A stretch of 64,000 nucleotides of DNA from Clostridia bacterium (lineage in GTDB: Bacteria; Bacillota; Clostridia; Oscillospirales; Acutalibacteraceae): assembly GCA_017433225.1 (NCBI GenBank), contig JAFRHS010000044.1, positions 28,317 to 92,316 on the forward strand, read 5' to 3'. A program made the translations under genes and the position numbers. The notes below the pieces were generated by a model that had not been told where the DNA came from, did no database searches, and saw nothing but the letters and a program-made list of their open reading frames with translations. This document shows, piece after piece, positions 1-7,882 of the stretch (position 1 is its first letter; every line of letters starts with the position of its first letter).

Positions 1-260
1 GGTTTAGGACTTTTCTTTTCCCTACCAGTTAATAAGAAGTCTGCAGAAACATTAAAGACCTCAGCCAATAATGACAGCGTATCAATCCCAGGGAGCATAT
101 CGTCATTACGATACTTTGAAAGAGTGCCCGCTCCAATGCCAATACGCCGCGCTATTTCCGCCTGGGAAATGCCTTTTTCTTTTTGCTTATTCAATTCATT
201 TTTCAACCGCTGGTTAAACTGCCCGCGGTCGAAATTGTAGGTTTCGCCTTTATGGCTCAT
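1..260 (-). CDS. XRE-family (cI-like) HTH repressor, first 86 codons; C-terminus lies left of the window
   Basis: Own reverse-strand translation from ATG 260-258: MSHKGETYNFDRGQFNQRLKNELNKQKEKGISQAEIARRIGIGAGTLSKYRNDDMLPGIDTLSLLAEVFNVSADFLLTGREKKSPK. HTH_3 pattern is present. Absent from the ORF track because there is no stop in the window. Divergent from a small HTH gene. Confidence 0.75.
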   Translation of the reverse strand, partial: MSHKGETYNFDRGQFNQRLKNELNKQKEKGISQAEIARRIGIGAGTLSKYRNDDMLPGIDTLSLLAEVFNVSADFLLTGREKKSPK

Positions 261-452
261 AGTCGTATCACCGTCCTTAAGGTGTTTCTCAAGGTAATAC
301 TACAGCAACAGCAACTATAAGTCAATCAAAGCATATATGCGTGTTTTGGAAATGTTTATTTTCTAAAATTTCTATTCCGTCAATATCGAATGGGCGATAC
401 AATGCGAGTGTAAGCAATAACAACAAAAAGCGAATAGAAAGAAGGTGAAACG

Positions 453-623
453 ATGCCAGGAGCAGAAGTAAAGCGGATGATCCTTGACGCAGGCCTGTAC
501 CTTTACCAGGTGGCAGATGAATTGGGGGTTACTGACAGCTGGTTCTCCAAAATGCTGCGCCACGACTTCACAGCCGAGGACACGGAGCGGGTCAAGGCTG
601 CCATTGAGAAACTGACCAAGTAA
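453..623 (+). CDS. Small cro-like HTH protein (56 aa)
   Basis: Own translation: MPGAEVKRMILDAGLYLYQVADELGVTDSWFSKMLRHDFTAEDTERVKAAIEKLTK. GAAGGTGA Shine-Dalgarno 5 nt upstream. Below the 60-aa cut-off of the ORF track. Divergent from the XRE repressor. Confidence 0.6.
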   Translation: MPGAEVKRMILDAGLYLYQVADELGVTDSWFSKMLRHDFTAEDTERVKAAIEKLTK

Positions 624-666
624 ACCAAAAAGCCCACAGCGGACCGCTGAGAGCATTTTAGAGGGG

Positions 667-1137
667 GTGCTTTTATTGTACTTGTATCACGCCACAAACT
701 CCGAAAGCGTCCCGGAAATTCTCGAAAAAGGGTTAATACCTAAAGGGCCTTTTAGCGCAGTGTGCTTTTCAACCAGTATTGCCGGGGCGTTAGGCGGAGC
801 AGAGTTTACGCGGATGTATAAACAAGCAGTTCGCCTTAACAAGATTTATTGTGATCCCTGCAGGGCCGCCGGGAGGAGGCCGCCGGAAATCTATCTATAT
901 GTTACGGTTTTTGCTGTTCCTTTTAGTGACATCGCGGAAAGGAAACACAAAAAAGTAGGCACGTATTGGGATGAGTGGCGCAGTTATGAGCCCGTCCCCG
1001 TGGCAGATTGTAAAAGGATGGATTATTACTATATCTCTGATCAAGACGGAGTATTCGAGCGGTGGTATAACCCAAAAGATGAAACAAACTGGGCAACAGA
1101 TATCACGCTTGAGCCCTCAGACTGGACTTCTGAGTAG
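667..1137 (+). CDS. Hypothetical island protein (156 aa); N-terminus weakly reminiscent of ADP-ribosyltransferase-fold proteins
   Basis: ORF track. LYHATNSESVPEILEKGLIP followed by CFSTS. The true start may be TTG at 676, 9 nt after GAGGGGG. No family securely recognised. Confidence 0.5.
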   Translation: MLLLYLYHATNSESVPEILEKGLIPKGPFSAVCFSTSIAGALGGAEFTRMYKQAVRLNKIYCDPCRAAGRRPPEIYLYVTVFAVPFSDIAERKHKKVGTYWDEWRSYEPVPVADCKRMDYYYISDQDGVFERWYNPKDETNWATDITLEPSDWTSE

Positions 1138-1354
1138 TGCGTCCATACGGAGCGGGACAAAGAGCGCCCGCGGGTAGGCATTCAGCTGGAACTTCATTTT
1201 CTGTTATGGTGTTCTGCCATTTCTCCATAGCAGGGTTACATTCATACAGTTGTTGCCTAAAAGGGAGTTTCATTGTCTCGGTCACAGTCAGCCTTTCTAT
1301 TGCCCGTCGTGCAATTAATAATCATTCCCGCGGGCGTTCTTTAGCCCGCTCCGT

Positions 1355-1454
1355 GAAAAAGAAAAGACCCTGGGAAAGCCCAGGGCGTAGTCATTAACAA
1401 TAGGTCGGACCCGCGGGAAGTGGTCCCCTATCGCCGTGCTTATCATAGCACAGA
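1355..1454 (-). ncRNA. Candidate ~100-nt countertranscript antisense to the leader of the xis-primase operon
   Basis: Minus-strand promoter TTGAAA (1489-1484), 16-17 nt spacer, CATAAT/ATAATA (1467-1461). Three hairpins follow at 1436-1451, 1400-1431 and 1368-1385, the last followed by a U-run (complement of 1355-1367). Confidence 0.3.
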
Positions 1455-1464
1455 AAGAGGTATT

Positions 1465-1671
1465 ATGCAAAAAGACAGAACCGTTTCAAACTGGGATAAA
1501 TTGCCAGTGGTTTTAGATGTCCACACCGTAGCACTTATCTTTGACGTTTCAGATCAGACCGTTAAGACCTGGTTACAAACCGGGAAACTGAAAGCCACAA
1601 AGGTTGCCCGCAAATGGGTCATTGACCGCGACTATATCCGTGGAATCGTTCAAGGGGGTGCGACTTTATGA
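1465..1671 (+). CDS. Excisionase-type (HTH_17/MerR-like) DNA-binding protein
   Basis: ATG 1465 lies 4 nt after AGAAAGAGG. LPVVLDVHTVALIFDVSDQTVKTWLQTGKLKATKVARKWVIDRDYI matches the excisionase-family HTH pattern. Its stop overlaps the next ATG (ATGA). Confidence 0.7.
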   Translation: MQKDRTVSNWDKLPVVLDVHTVALIFDVSDQTVKTWLQTGKLKATKVARKWVIDRDYIRGIVQGGATL

Positions 1672-2171
1672 GCGGCACAGGTATTGTAAGAGCCTACTTG
1701 GCGATGAACCCGGAAACCAGGAAAAGCGACTACGAATTGGCGCGGCGCGTCTATCACACTGTGGGTTACCGTTACGGTGTCACTAAGGCAGAAGTAGATG
1801 CTGCCATCGACACCCTGGAAAAGCTACACCCCACATTTAGGTCCATCATCCGGCTGCGGTCTGTTATCACCAGGAGCCACCCGGAATGGACAGACCCGGA
1901 AACGGAGAGAAAACGGAAAAAGAACGAACCAAAATACAGGGCCCGATACAGTAATGGCAAAGAGCCCGCGCCCCCTTATGAGATCCCGGCGGAGATCATA
2001 GCGCAAAACCGTGAGATCGAACTAACCAGGGTAATTATGATCCTTCTCACCCTGCAGATGCCCGGCTCCGCAATTAAGGCCGCAGTGGATGCTGTCAACA
2101 ATGAGCGATGCAGGCCCCCGTTGGATACAGACACTTTGACCCTTTTGTTTGATGGGAGCGGGATAGAATGA
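1668..2171 (+). CDS. Stand-alone PriCT-1-like domain protein (167 aa)
   Basis: C-terminal YEIPAEIIAQNREIELTRVIMILLTLQMPGSAIKAAVDAVNNERCRPPLDTDTLTLLF aligns with YEFPAEIVEGQRNSELYKAACSLLGRGLSETAARAALNAENLEKCSPPLDDAEIEQLF inside the 757-aa primase. Translationally coupled on both sides. Confidence 0.6.
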   Translation: MSGTGIVRAYLAMNPETRKSDYELARRVYHTVGYRYGVTKAEVDAAIDTLEKLHPTFRSIIRLRSVITRSHPEWTDPETERKRKKNEPKYRARYSNGKEPAPPYEIPAEIIAQNREIELTRVIMILLTLQMPGSAIKAAVDAVNNERCRPPLDTDTLTLLFDGSGIE

Positions 2172-2368
2172 GCACTAGCAGATGGGGCGAACACTGGGAA
2201 GATGAAGAAAACGAGGAAGGACTATCCCGGGGCCTTTTGGAAAGACGTTTCTTTGACGATGAAATACTGCCCGCATTCGCTGAGGAATACGACATAAACC
2301 TATATGACATAGAGGACCCGTCCGACTACTACGAGGATGCTATGGACTGGTACGACGATAATTATTAA
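2168..2368 (+). CDS. Hyper-acidic 66-aa protein (possible DNA mimic)
   Basis: By my count 23 of 66 residues are D/E, with only 4 R and no K. Aromatic-rich. ATGA overlap with the upstream gene. Confidence 0.55.
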   Translation: MSTSRWGEHWEDEENEEGLSRGLLERRFFDDEILPAFAEEYDINLYDIEDPSDYYEDAMDWYDDNY

Positions 2369-2421
2369 AGCAAAGGCGGCGGCTCAGGGCCGCTGCCTAT
2401 TTTTGAAAGAGGGTTGATGCA

Positions 2422-4695
2422 TTGAGCGATAACAAGATGAGGGACGCGGCCCTGGAATACGCCCAGGCAGGCTATGCGGTATTTCCCATTAAGGCAAAGG
2501 GTAAAACTCCGCTCATTAAGGAATGGCAAAAGAGAGCCACCACAGACAAAAACAAAATATCCAGCTGGTGGGACAAATGGCCCCAGGCCAACATCGCTAT
2601 AGCCTGTGGGCAGATGTCCCGCGGGCTGATCGTCATTGACGTAGATAAGAAATCCGGCGGCTTAGAAACAGTGGCGGACTGGGAGCGGGAAAACGGGACA
2701 CTAACCAGCTGCCAGCGGAGCATAACAGGCAGTGGCGGATTTCATTATTTTTACACTAGCAGGATATCAGATCAATACACCAATAAGGCGGGAGTATATC
2801 AAGGCGTAGACCTTAGAACAGATGGGGGTTATATCATTGCTCCCCCGTCATTACACCCCGGCGGCGGAGTGTATCAATGGGAAATGGATGCTATTACCGA
2901 TAACAGCCCCATAGAACTGAGCGGAACAGCGGAACAGTTCATAGAACCAGCATTAAAGGACTTTGACGATGGTATGCCCGCTCCGCATTATGAATTTCCG
3001 GCGGAGATCGTAGAGGGACAGCGAAACAGTGAACTGTATAAAGCCGCCTGCTCACTATTGGGGCGCGGTCTGAGTGAGACGGCGGCCCGGGCGGCACTTA
3101 ACGCGGAAAACTTGGAAAAGTGTTCCCCACCTTTAGACGATGCAGAAATAGAACAGCTTTTCAACAGTGCTGTTGCATTCATTAACTCTGATCGGTCCCG
3201 CTCCGCCGGGGCGGATCTTTCACGCGCAGCACTGGCAAGTGGCCTTGAACCCAGCGCCGACAAGTCCCCGCTAGATTATTCAGATATCGAACTGGTGTAC
3301 GTTCTTAATGAAATGAAAGTCAGCACGGACCGAAGGTATAACAGCCTGTCGGACATTGCCGCCGGGGCCCTGTTCAATTCCATATACGGTAAGTATCTGC
3401 GTTATAACACTACGGCCCGCGGGTGGTATTGGTACAACGGGATCAACTGGCAGCGGGACCGCACGGAGCGGGCGGAGAAGGCCGCGGAGACGCTTTCTAA
3501 TGCCTTGTACCATTATGCCGTGGGCCAGGGAGACGCTTATCAGAAACTAGCAGGCAGGCTGCAGGATATCAACAAAAGAGACAAAATGCTGAGGGATGCA
3601 CAAAAGCACAACCCCATTACCAGCGAAATGCTAGACCAAAAGCCGGACCTGTTCAACTGTAAGTGTGGAACATACAACCTCAAAACTCGCAAATGGAAAG
3701 ACCACGACCCGGCGGACCTTCTCAGCAAGTGCGCTAATGTCACGGAGCGGGACTGCCAGTATACAGACTTTGAAAAGGTCGTTACGCAAATACTCCCGGA
3801 CAAGGAAATAAGAGACTATTTCCAAATGGTCATTGGCCTGTGCCTATCTGAGGACACCACCCCGGCAGAGTTTTATATCATCTTGGGTGAAACCACCAGG
3901 AACGGAAAGTCAACTCTGTTAAATGCTATAGGGGCAATGATGGGAGACTACCATTTAACCATAGCGCCGGAAACGCTGGAAAAGGCAAACCGAGTAAATA
4001 GCAGCGGACCCAGCCCGGACAGATCGCGCTTTCAAGGTGCGCGGATGATCCACGCGGAAGAACCCCGGCGCGGTATGCCGTTAGACAGTGCATTTATCAA
4101 GGCTATAACAGGTGGCGATACAATGACCGCAAGGCAGCTACACCAAGAGCCCGTCTCTTTCCGGGTGGTTGGCAAGCTGGTCATTGTTACAAACCACCTG
4201 CCAGCCGTTTCCGATACAACCGTCTTTAGTTCGGAGCGGGTGGCAGTGATCCCGTTTGAGCAGCGTTTCATTGGCACGAAAAGAGACTACCACCTGCAGG
4301 AGCGAATGCGGAAACAGGAAATGCTTAACCAGTGTTTTTCCTGGGCGTGTGAAGGAAATCAAAAATACAGAAACGCAAAAGACTTCAAAACAAACAGACC
4401 AGCTGCCATAACTAAGCGAGTGGATCAATACCAGGCGGACAGCGACTATATAGGCCAGTTTATCAAGGACTGCATAAAGAAAGACCCGGAAGGCTGTATA
4501 AGATCCCAGGAATGTTACCACGCGTACAAGTATTGGTGTGAAGAAAACAACTGTAAACCGTTCGGCCCTAGAGCGTTCAATTCAGAATTGCGAGGGCCAC
4601 AAAGAGGACATTTGTTAAAGGACAGCGCAACAGTAGACGGTAAAACAGTAAGAAATGTTATCCCAGGTTATAGTCTGAAAGACAGTACGGGTTAA
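2422..4695 (+). CDS. Bifunctional primase-polymerase / PriCT / P4-D5-type helicase (phage-plasmid primase, P4 family)
   Basis: 757 aa. Prim-Pol motifs (GYAVFPI, LIVIDVDKK, GGFHYFY), a PriCT-1 segment and Walker A GETTRNGKST. TTG start 8 nt after AGAGGG; alternative ATG at 2437. Confidence 0.85.
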   Translation: MSDNKMRDAALEYAQAGYAVFPIKAKGKTPLIKEWQKRATTDKNKISSWWDKWPQANIAIACGQMSRGLIVIDVDKKSGGLETVADWERENGTLTSCQRSITGSGGFHYFYTSRISDQYTNKAGVYQGVDLRTDGGYIIAPPSLHPGGGVYQWEMDAITDNSPIELSGTAEQFIEPALKDFDDGMPAPHYEFPAEIVEGQRNSELYKAACSLLGRGLSETAARAALNAENLEKCSPPLDDAEIEQLFNSAVAFINSDRSRSAGADLSRAALASGLEPSADKSPLDYSDIELVYVLNEMKVSTDRRYNSLSDIAAGALFNSIYGKYLRYNTTARGWYWYNGINWQRDRTERAEKAAETLSNALYHYAVGQGDAYQKLAGRLQDINKRDKMLRDAQKHNPITSEMLDQKPDLFNCKCGTYNLKTRKWKDHDPADLLSKCANVTERDCQYTDFEKVVTQILPDKEIRDYFQMVIGLCLSEDTTPAEFYIILGETTRNGKSTLLNAIGAMMGDYHLTIAPETLEKANRVNSSGPSPDRSRFQGARMIHAEEPRRGMPLDSAFIKAITGGDTMTARQLHQEPVSFRVVGKLVIVTNHLPAVSDTTVFSSERVAVIPFEQRFIGTKRDYHLQERMRKQEMLNQCFSWACEGNQKYRNAKDFKTNRPAAITKRVDQYQADSDYIGQFIKDCIKKDPEGCIRSQECYHAYKYWCEENNCKPFGPRAFNSELRGPQRGHLLKDSATVDGKTVRNVIPGYSLKDSTG

Positions 4696-5598
4696 GAGAC
4701 ACTGAAAAAGCCGATTTTTCGCCTTTTCCAAAAACCACGTAGTTACGCCATTTGTGCAGTTTGTGCAGTTTAGTATCGTTTTTTCCCGGGAAAACAAAAT
4801 TAAAAAAAATATAGAATAAAACTGCACAAACTGCACATTTCAGCCTAATGAATATTATTCATTCGCTTATTTGCCGTAAAACAACGGTAAATTGTGTATG
4901 AATATGCAAAACAGCGCTTGTTTATGCATATATCCACCCTCTTTTATGCATAACTGCAGCTGGAGCGGGTGGAGAATTATACAAAATACGTCTTTTATCC
5001 TAAATGGTTTTAGGCGGCTCAGCTGCTAGCCGCCTGGGGCTGCTTATAGTACAGTGGATCAATCGCCCTGGGGTTCACAATATGATATTATTGCCATAGA
5101 CCCGTTAGGGTCGTATCAGCCTTTCTGTTTCCCGGTCCTGTATCGCCACAGGGCCGGGATCTCTTTTTAAGTTCGAACATATCGAACCTTTCTTTTTTTA
5201 GGGGCGCACCTTCCGCGAGATACTCCCCTTTTTTTGGGGCTGTATTATCTGACGATGCACCCCTTTTTTAGGGGCTCAGAAATGACGGAAAGCTCTTTTT
5301 AAGGTGGCAGGTATAGAAGGATGGCATTTCACGTAATGCCTGCCTACGGCCTTATTTGAGGCAATAATACACTTGCCCACTGCCCAGGCGGAATATAGGC
5401 AATACTTCAAAATGGGATCAAGTGGTATAACTTTGGTATAACTTTGTATACCAGTTTTTCCAGCACCGACGTAGTTACGCCGTTACCTGGGCTTGATTTT
5501 GGTATACATTTTGGTATACACCATAGCGAAAAATAGGGGCAAAGTACGATAAGTTGTACATTTTATTTTCTGATTTGGAAAAATAATATTTATGAAAA
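4696..5598. repeat. Non-coding iteron/inverted-repeat field, probable replication origin of the island
   Basis: Tandem TTTGTGCAG x2 (4751-4771) with an inverted copy at 4819-4837 around an AT-rich core. TTTATGCATA x2 (4921-4951). Five YCYTTTTT(T)AGGGGC-like units about 30-38 bp apart (5161-5300). Four GGTATA(A/C) units (5424-5522). Three ACGTAGTTACGC copies. Confidence 0.5.
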
Positions 5599-5638
5599 AA
5601 CGCTCAAAAACCACGTAGTTACGCGATTTTTGAGCGTT
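5593..5638 (-). terminator. Intrinsic terminator of tRNA-Pro
   Basis: 12-bp stem AACGCTCAAAAA/TTTTTGAGCGTT (5599-5610 / 5627-5638) with a 16-nt loop, followed on the minus strand by a U-run. Confidence 0.65.
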
Positions 5639-5644
5639 TCCTCT

Positions 5645-5720
5645 TGGTCCGAGTGGCGAGACTTGAACTCACGGCCTCTTGACCCCCAGTCAAGCGCGCT
5701 ACCAACTGCGCCACACCCGG
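5645..5720 (-). tRNA. tRNA-Pro (anticodon GGG), CCA encoded
   Basis: Hand-folded reverse complement: CCGGGTG TG GCGC AGTTGGTA GCGC G CTTGA CTGGGGG TCAAG AGGCC GTGAG TTCAAGT CTCGC CACTCGG A CCA. 76 nt. Confidence 0.9.
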
Positions 5721-5741
5721 ATATGCAATTCGTGCTCAACT

Positions 5742-5770
5742 ATAATAACAGAAAGGGGACCCAGAATCAA
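5742..5770 (-). promoter_or_regulatory. Sigma-A-type promoter of tRNA-Pro
   Basis: Minus strand TTGATT, 17 nt spacer, TATTAT, about 20 nt upstream of the tRNA 5' end. Confidence 0.55.
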
Positions 5771-5800
5771 CACCAATTTTTTGAGTTTACGGGTGGTTCA

Positions 5801-5829
5801 TTGACTTTTGTTGTATATTTCTTTATAGT
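5801..5829 (+). promoter_or_regulatory. Sigma-A-type promoter of potABCD
   Basis: TTGACT (5801-5806), 17 nt spacer, TATAGT (5824-5829). Confidence 0.55.
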
Positions 5830-5916
5830 TTAAAACAGCGGGTCACCCACGGGGTGGCCATCTTTGACTCGGTCTGTAAATCACAGCAATTTACGGTTAA
5901 AAAAGGAAGTGCATAA

Positions 5917-7074
5917 GTGAAAGAGAATGTCATCATCACCCTCAAAGACATTTGCGTGGCCTTTGACGGAGAAACGATCCTGAACAACTTGAACCTCGAT
6001 ATCAAAGACGGGGAATTCGTCACCATCCTCGGCCCCTCGGGCTGCGGAAAAACGACGACGCTGCGCATCATTGCAGGCTTTCAGGAACCGGACTCCGGAG
6101 AGGTCATTTTTGATAATCAGGTCATGAATGGTGTCCCGGCCCACAAACGCCGCGTGAACACCATTTTTCAGCGTTATGCACTCTTCCCGCACCTGAACGT
6201 ATATGAGAACATCGCCTTCGGTCTGCGCCTTCGGAAAATGAAGGAGGACGCCATCCAGGCGAAAGTCAAAGAGATGCTGGCACTCGTCGACCTCAGAGGG
6301 TTCGAGCGCCGGTCCATCGACTCTCTGTCCGGCGGCCAGCAGCAAAGGGTCGCTATCGCCCGAGCACTGGCGGTGGACCCGGAAGTGCTCCTGCTCGACG
6401 AACCGCTCGGTGCTCTCGACCTCAAACTCCGCAAGGACATGCAGGTCGAACTCAAGAACATCCAGCAGCGCCTCGGCATCACGTTCATCTACGTCACCCA
6501 TGACCAGGAGGAAGCGCTCTCCATGTCCGACAAGGTCATCGTCATGGACGGCGGTGAGATCCAGCACATCGGCACGCCGGAAGACATCTACAATGAACCG
6601 GCCAACGCCTTCGTCGCCGACTTCATCGGCGAGTCCAACATCCTCGACGGCATCATGCTTTCAGACTGTCGTGTCCGCTTCTCCGGCCATGACTTCGACT
6701 GCGTGGACAAGGGCTTTGCCCTGAACGAGCCTGTCGACGTCGTCATCCGTCCGGAAGACGTGGACATTTGCGCGCCGGAAGACGGCATGCTGACCGGTGT
6801 CATCACGTCGGTCACGTTCAAAGGCCTACACTACGAGATCATCGTCGACATCAACGACTTCAAGTGGATGATCCAGACGACGGACTTCTCTCCGGAAGGC
6901 GCCACCATCGGCATCCTCATCAAACCTGATGAGATCCACATCATGAAGAAATCCAAGTACTCCGGCGAATTCGGCGACTACTCGAGTTTCTCCGACGAGA
7001 TGGACTACATCTCCAACGCGGAGCTCGATATCACCGACCTCGATGACATCACGGAGGTCGAGGAAGATGAATAA
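5917..7074 (+). CDS. potA: Spermidine/putrescine ABC transporter ATP-binding protein
   Basis: Walker [10 protein letters not shown], signature LSGGQQQRV, Walker B LLLDEP, PotA-type C-terminal domain. GTG start after AAAAAGGAAG. Confidence 0.9.
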   Translation: MKENVIITLKDICVAFDGETILNNLNLDIKDGEFVTILGPSGCGKTTTLRIIAGFQEPDSGEVIFDNQVMNGVPAHKRRVNTIFQRYALFPHLNVYENIAFGLRLRKMKEDAIQAKVKEMLALVDLRGFERRSIDSLSGGQQQRVAIARALAVDPEVLLLDEPLGALDLKLRKDMQVELKNIQQRLGITFIYVTHDQEEALSMSDKVIVMDGGEIQHIGTPEDIYNEPANAFVADFIGESNILDGIMLSDCRVRFSGHDFDCVDKGFALNEPVDVVIRPEDVDICAPEDGMLTGVITSVTFKGLHYEIIVDINDFKWMIQTTDFSPEGATIGILIKPDEIHIMKKSKYSGEFGDYSSFSDEMDYISNAELDITDLDDITEVEEDE

Positions 7075-7882
7075 CCGCACTTACAACTCCATCACAGCGC
7101 CCTACGGCCTGTGGATGGCGGTGTTCATCATCGCGCCGCTCGCCATCGTTGCATACTACGCGCTGACCGACGCCGCCGGGCATTTCAGCTTTGAAAACAT
7201 CACCCAGCTCACGCTGTATACGGACACCATCTTCCGTTCCATCTGGTTCGGACTGGTGGCGACGGTCCTCTGTCTCGTGACGGCCTATCCGCTGGCGTAC
7301 ATCTTCTCGAAGACCAAAGCCAGTACACAGACGGTCCTCGTCATGCTGATCATGATCCCCATGTGGATGAACTTCATCCTGCGTACCTACGCCATCATGG
7401 TCCTGTTTGAAGACACCGGCATCATCAACCACGCGCTGCAGAGCATCGGCCTGTCTCCGCTCCATCTCATCAACACGAGCGGCGCCGTCATCTTCGGCAT
7501 GGTCTACAACTATGTGCCCTTCATGGTCCTGCCGCTGTACACGACCATGACCAAGCTCGACTACAAGTTCATCGAGGCGGGGAGAGACCTCGGCGCCAAC
7601 GGCTTCCAGATCTTCAAGGATGTCATGATCCCCCTGACCAAACCCGGCATCATCTCCGGGGTCACGATGGTCTTCGTCCCTTCCGTCAGTACCTTCTACA
7701 TTTCCCAGAAGCTCGGCGGCGGGCGATACACCCTCATCGGTGACGTCATCGAAATGCAGTTCCAGACCGCCTACAACTACCATCTCGGCGCGTCGATCTC
7801 GCTGCTCCTGATGATCTTCATCCTGGTGTGCCTCGCGGTCATGAACCGCTTTGGCGATTCGGAGGAGGGGATGGTCGTATGA
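7067..7882 (+). CDS. potB: Spermidine/putrescine ABC transporter permease
   Basis: Multi-TM permease. ATG 7067 overlaps the end of potA. GGAGG upstream. Confidence 0.85.
   Translation: MNNRTYNSITAPYGLWMAVFIIAPLAIVAYYALTDAAGHFSFENITQLTLYTDTIFRSIWFGLVATVLCLVTAYPLAYIFSKTKASTQTVLVMLIMIPMWMNFILRTYAIMVLFEDTGIINHALQSIGLSPLHLINTSGAVIFGMVYNYVPFMVLPLYTTMTKLDYKFIEAGRDLGANGFQIFKDVMIPLTKPGIISGVTMVFVPSVSTFYISQKLGGGRYTLIGDVIEMQFQTAYNYHLGASISLLLMIFILVCLAVMNRFGDSEEGMVV

Larger units (their letters stand above)
1..5644. mobile_element. Integrase-distal part of an integrative element abutting the 3' end of tRNA-Pro; satellite/PICI-like regulation and replication module
   Basis: Visibly lower GC than 5.9-64 kb. 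Contains a divergent cI-like/cro-like pair, an excisionase-type HTH, a Prim-Pol/P4-type primase-helicase and an iteron-rich tail ending at the tRNA-Pro 3' end. No capsid, lysis or conjugation genes in the visible part. Confidence 0.6.

Noticed and set aside
1103-1285. 60-aa minus-strand ORF (GTG start after GAAAGG) in the island gap
   Set aside because: It is plausible on start context alone. However, it overlaps the 3' end of the 156-aa gene, has no recognisable features, and sits downstream of a minus-oriented terminator. Kept as unresolved rather than called.
4615-4836. 73-aa minus-strand ORF in the repeat field after the primase gene
   Set aside because: Its sequence is dictated by the TTTGTGCAG repeats and the AT-rich core (FVQF, NCTNCTN). 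It overlaps the primase 3' end and has no start context.
5630-5833. 67-aa plus-strand ORF across tRNA-Pro; likewise ORFs 21349-21534, 21376-21573 and 21390-21776 across tRNA-Leu(CAG) and cassette B
   Set aside because: They overlap well-folded tRNA genes and terminators, use non-ATG starts and have no Shine-Dalgarno.
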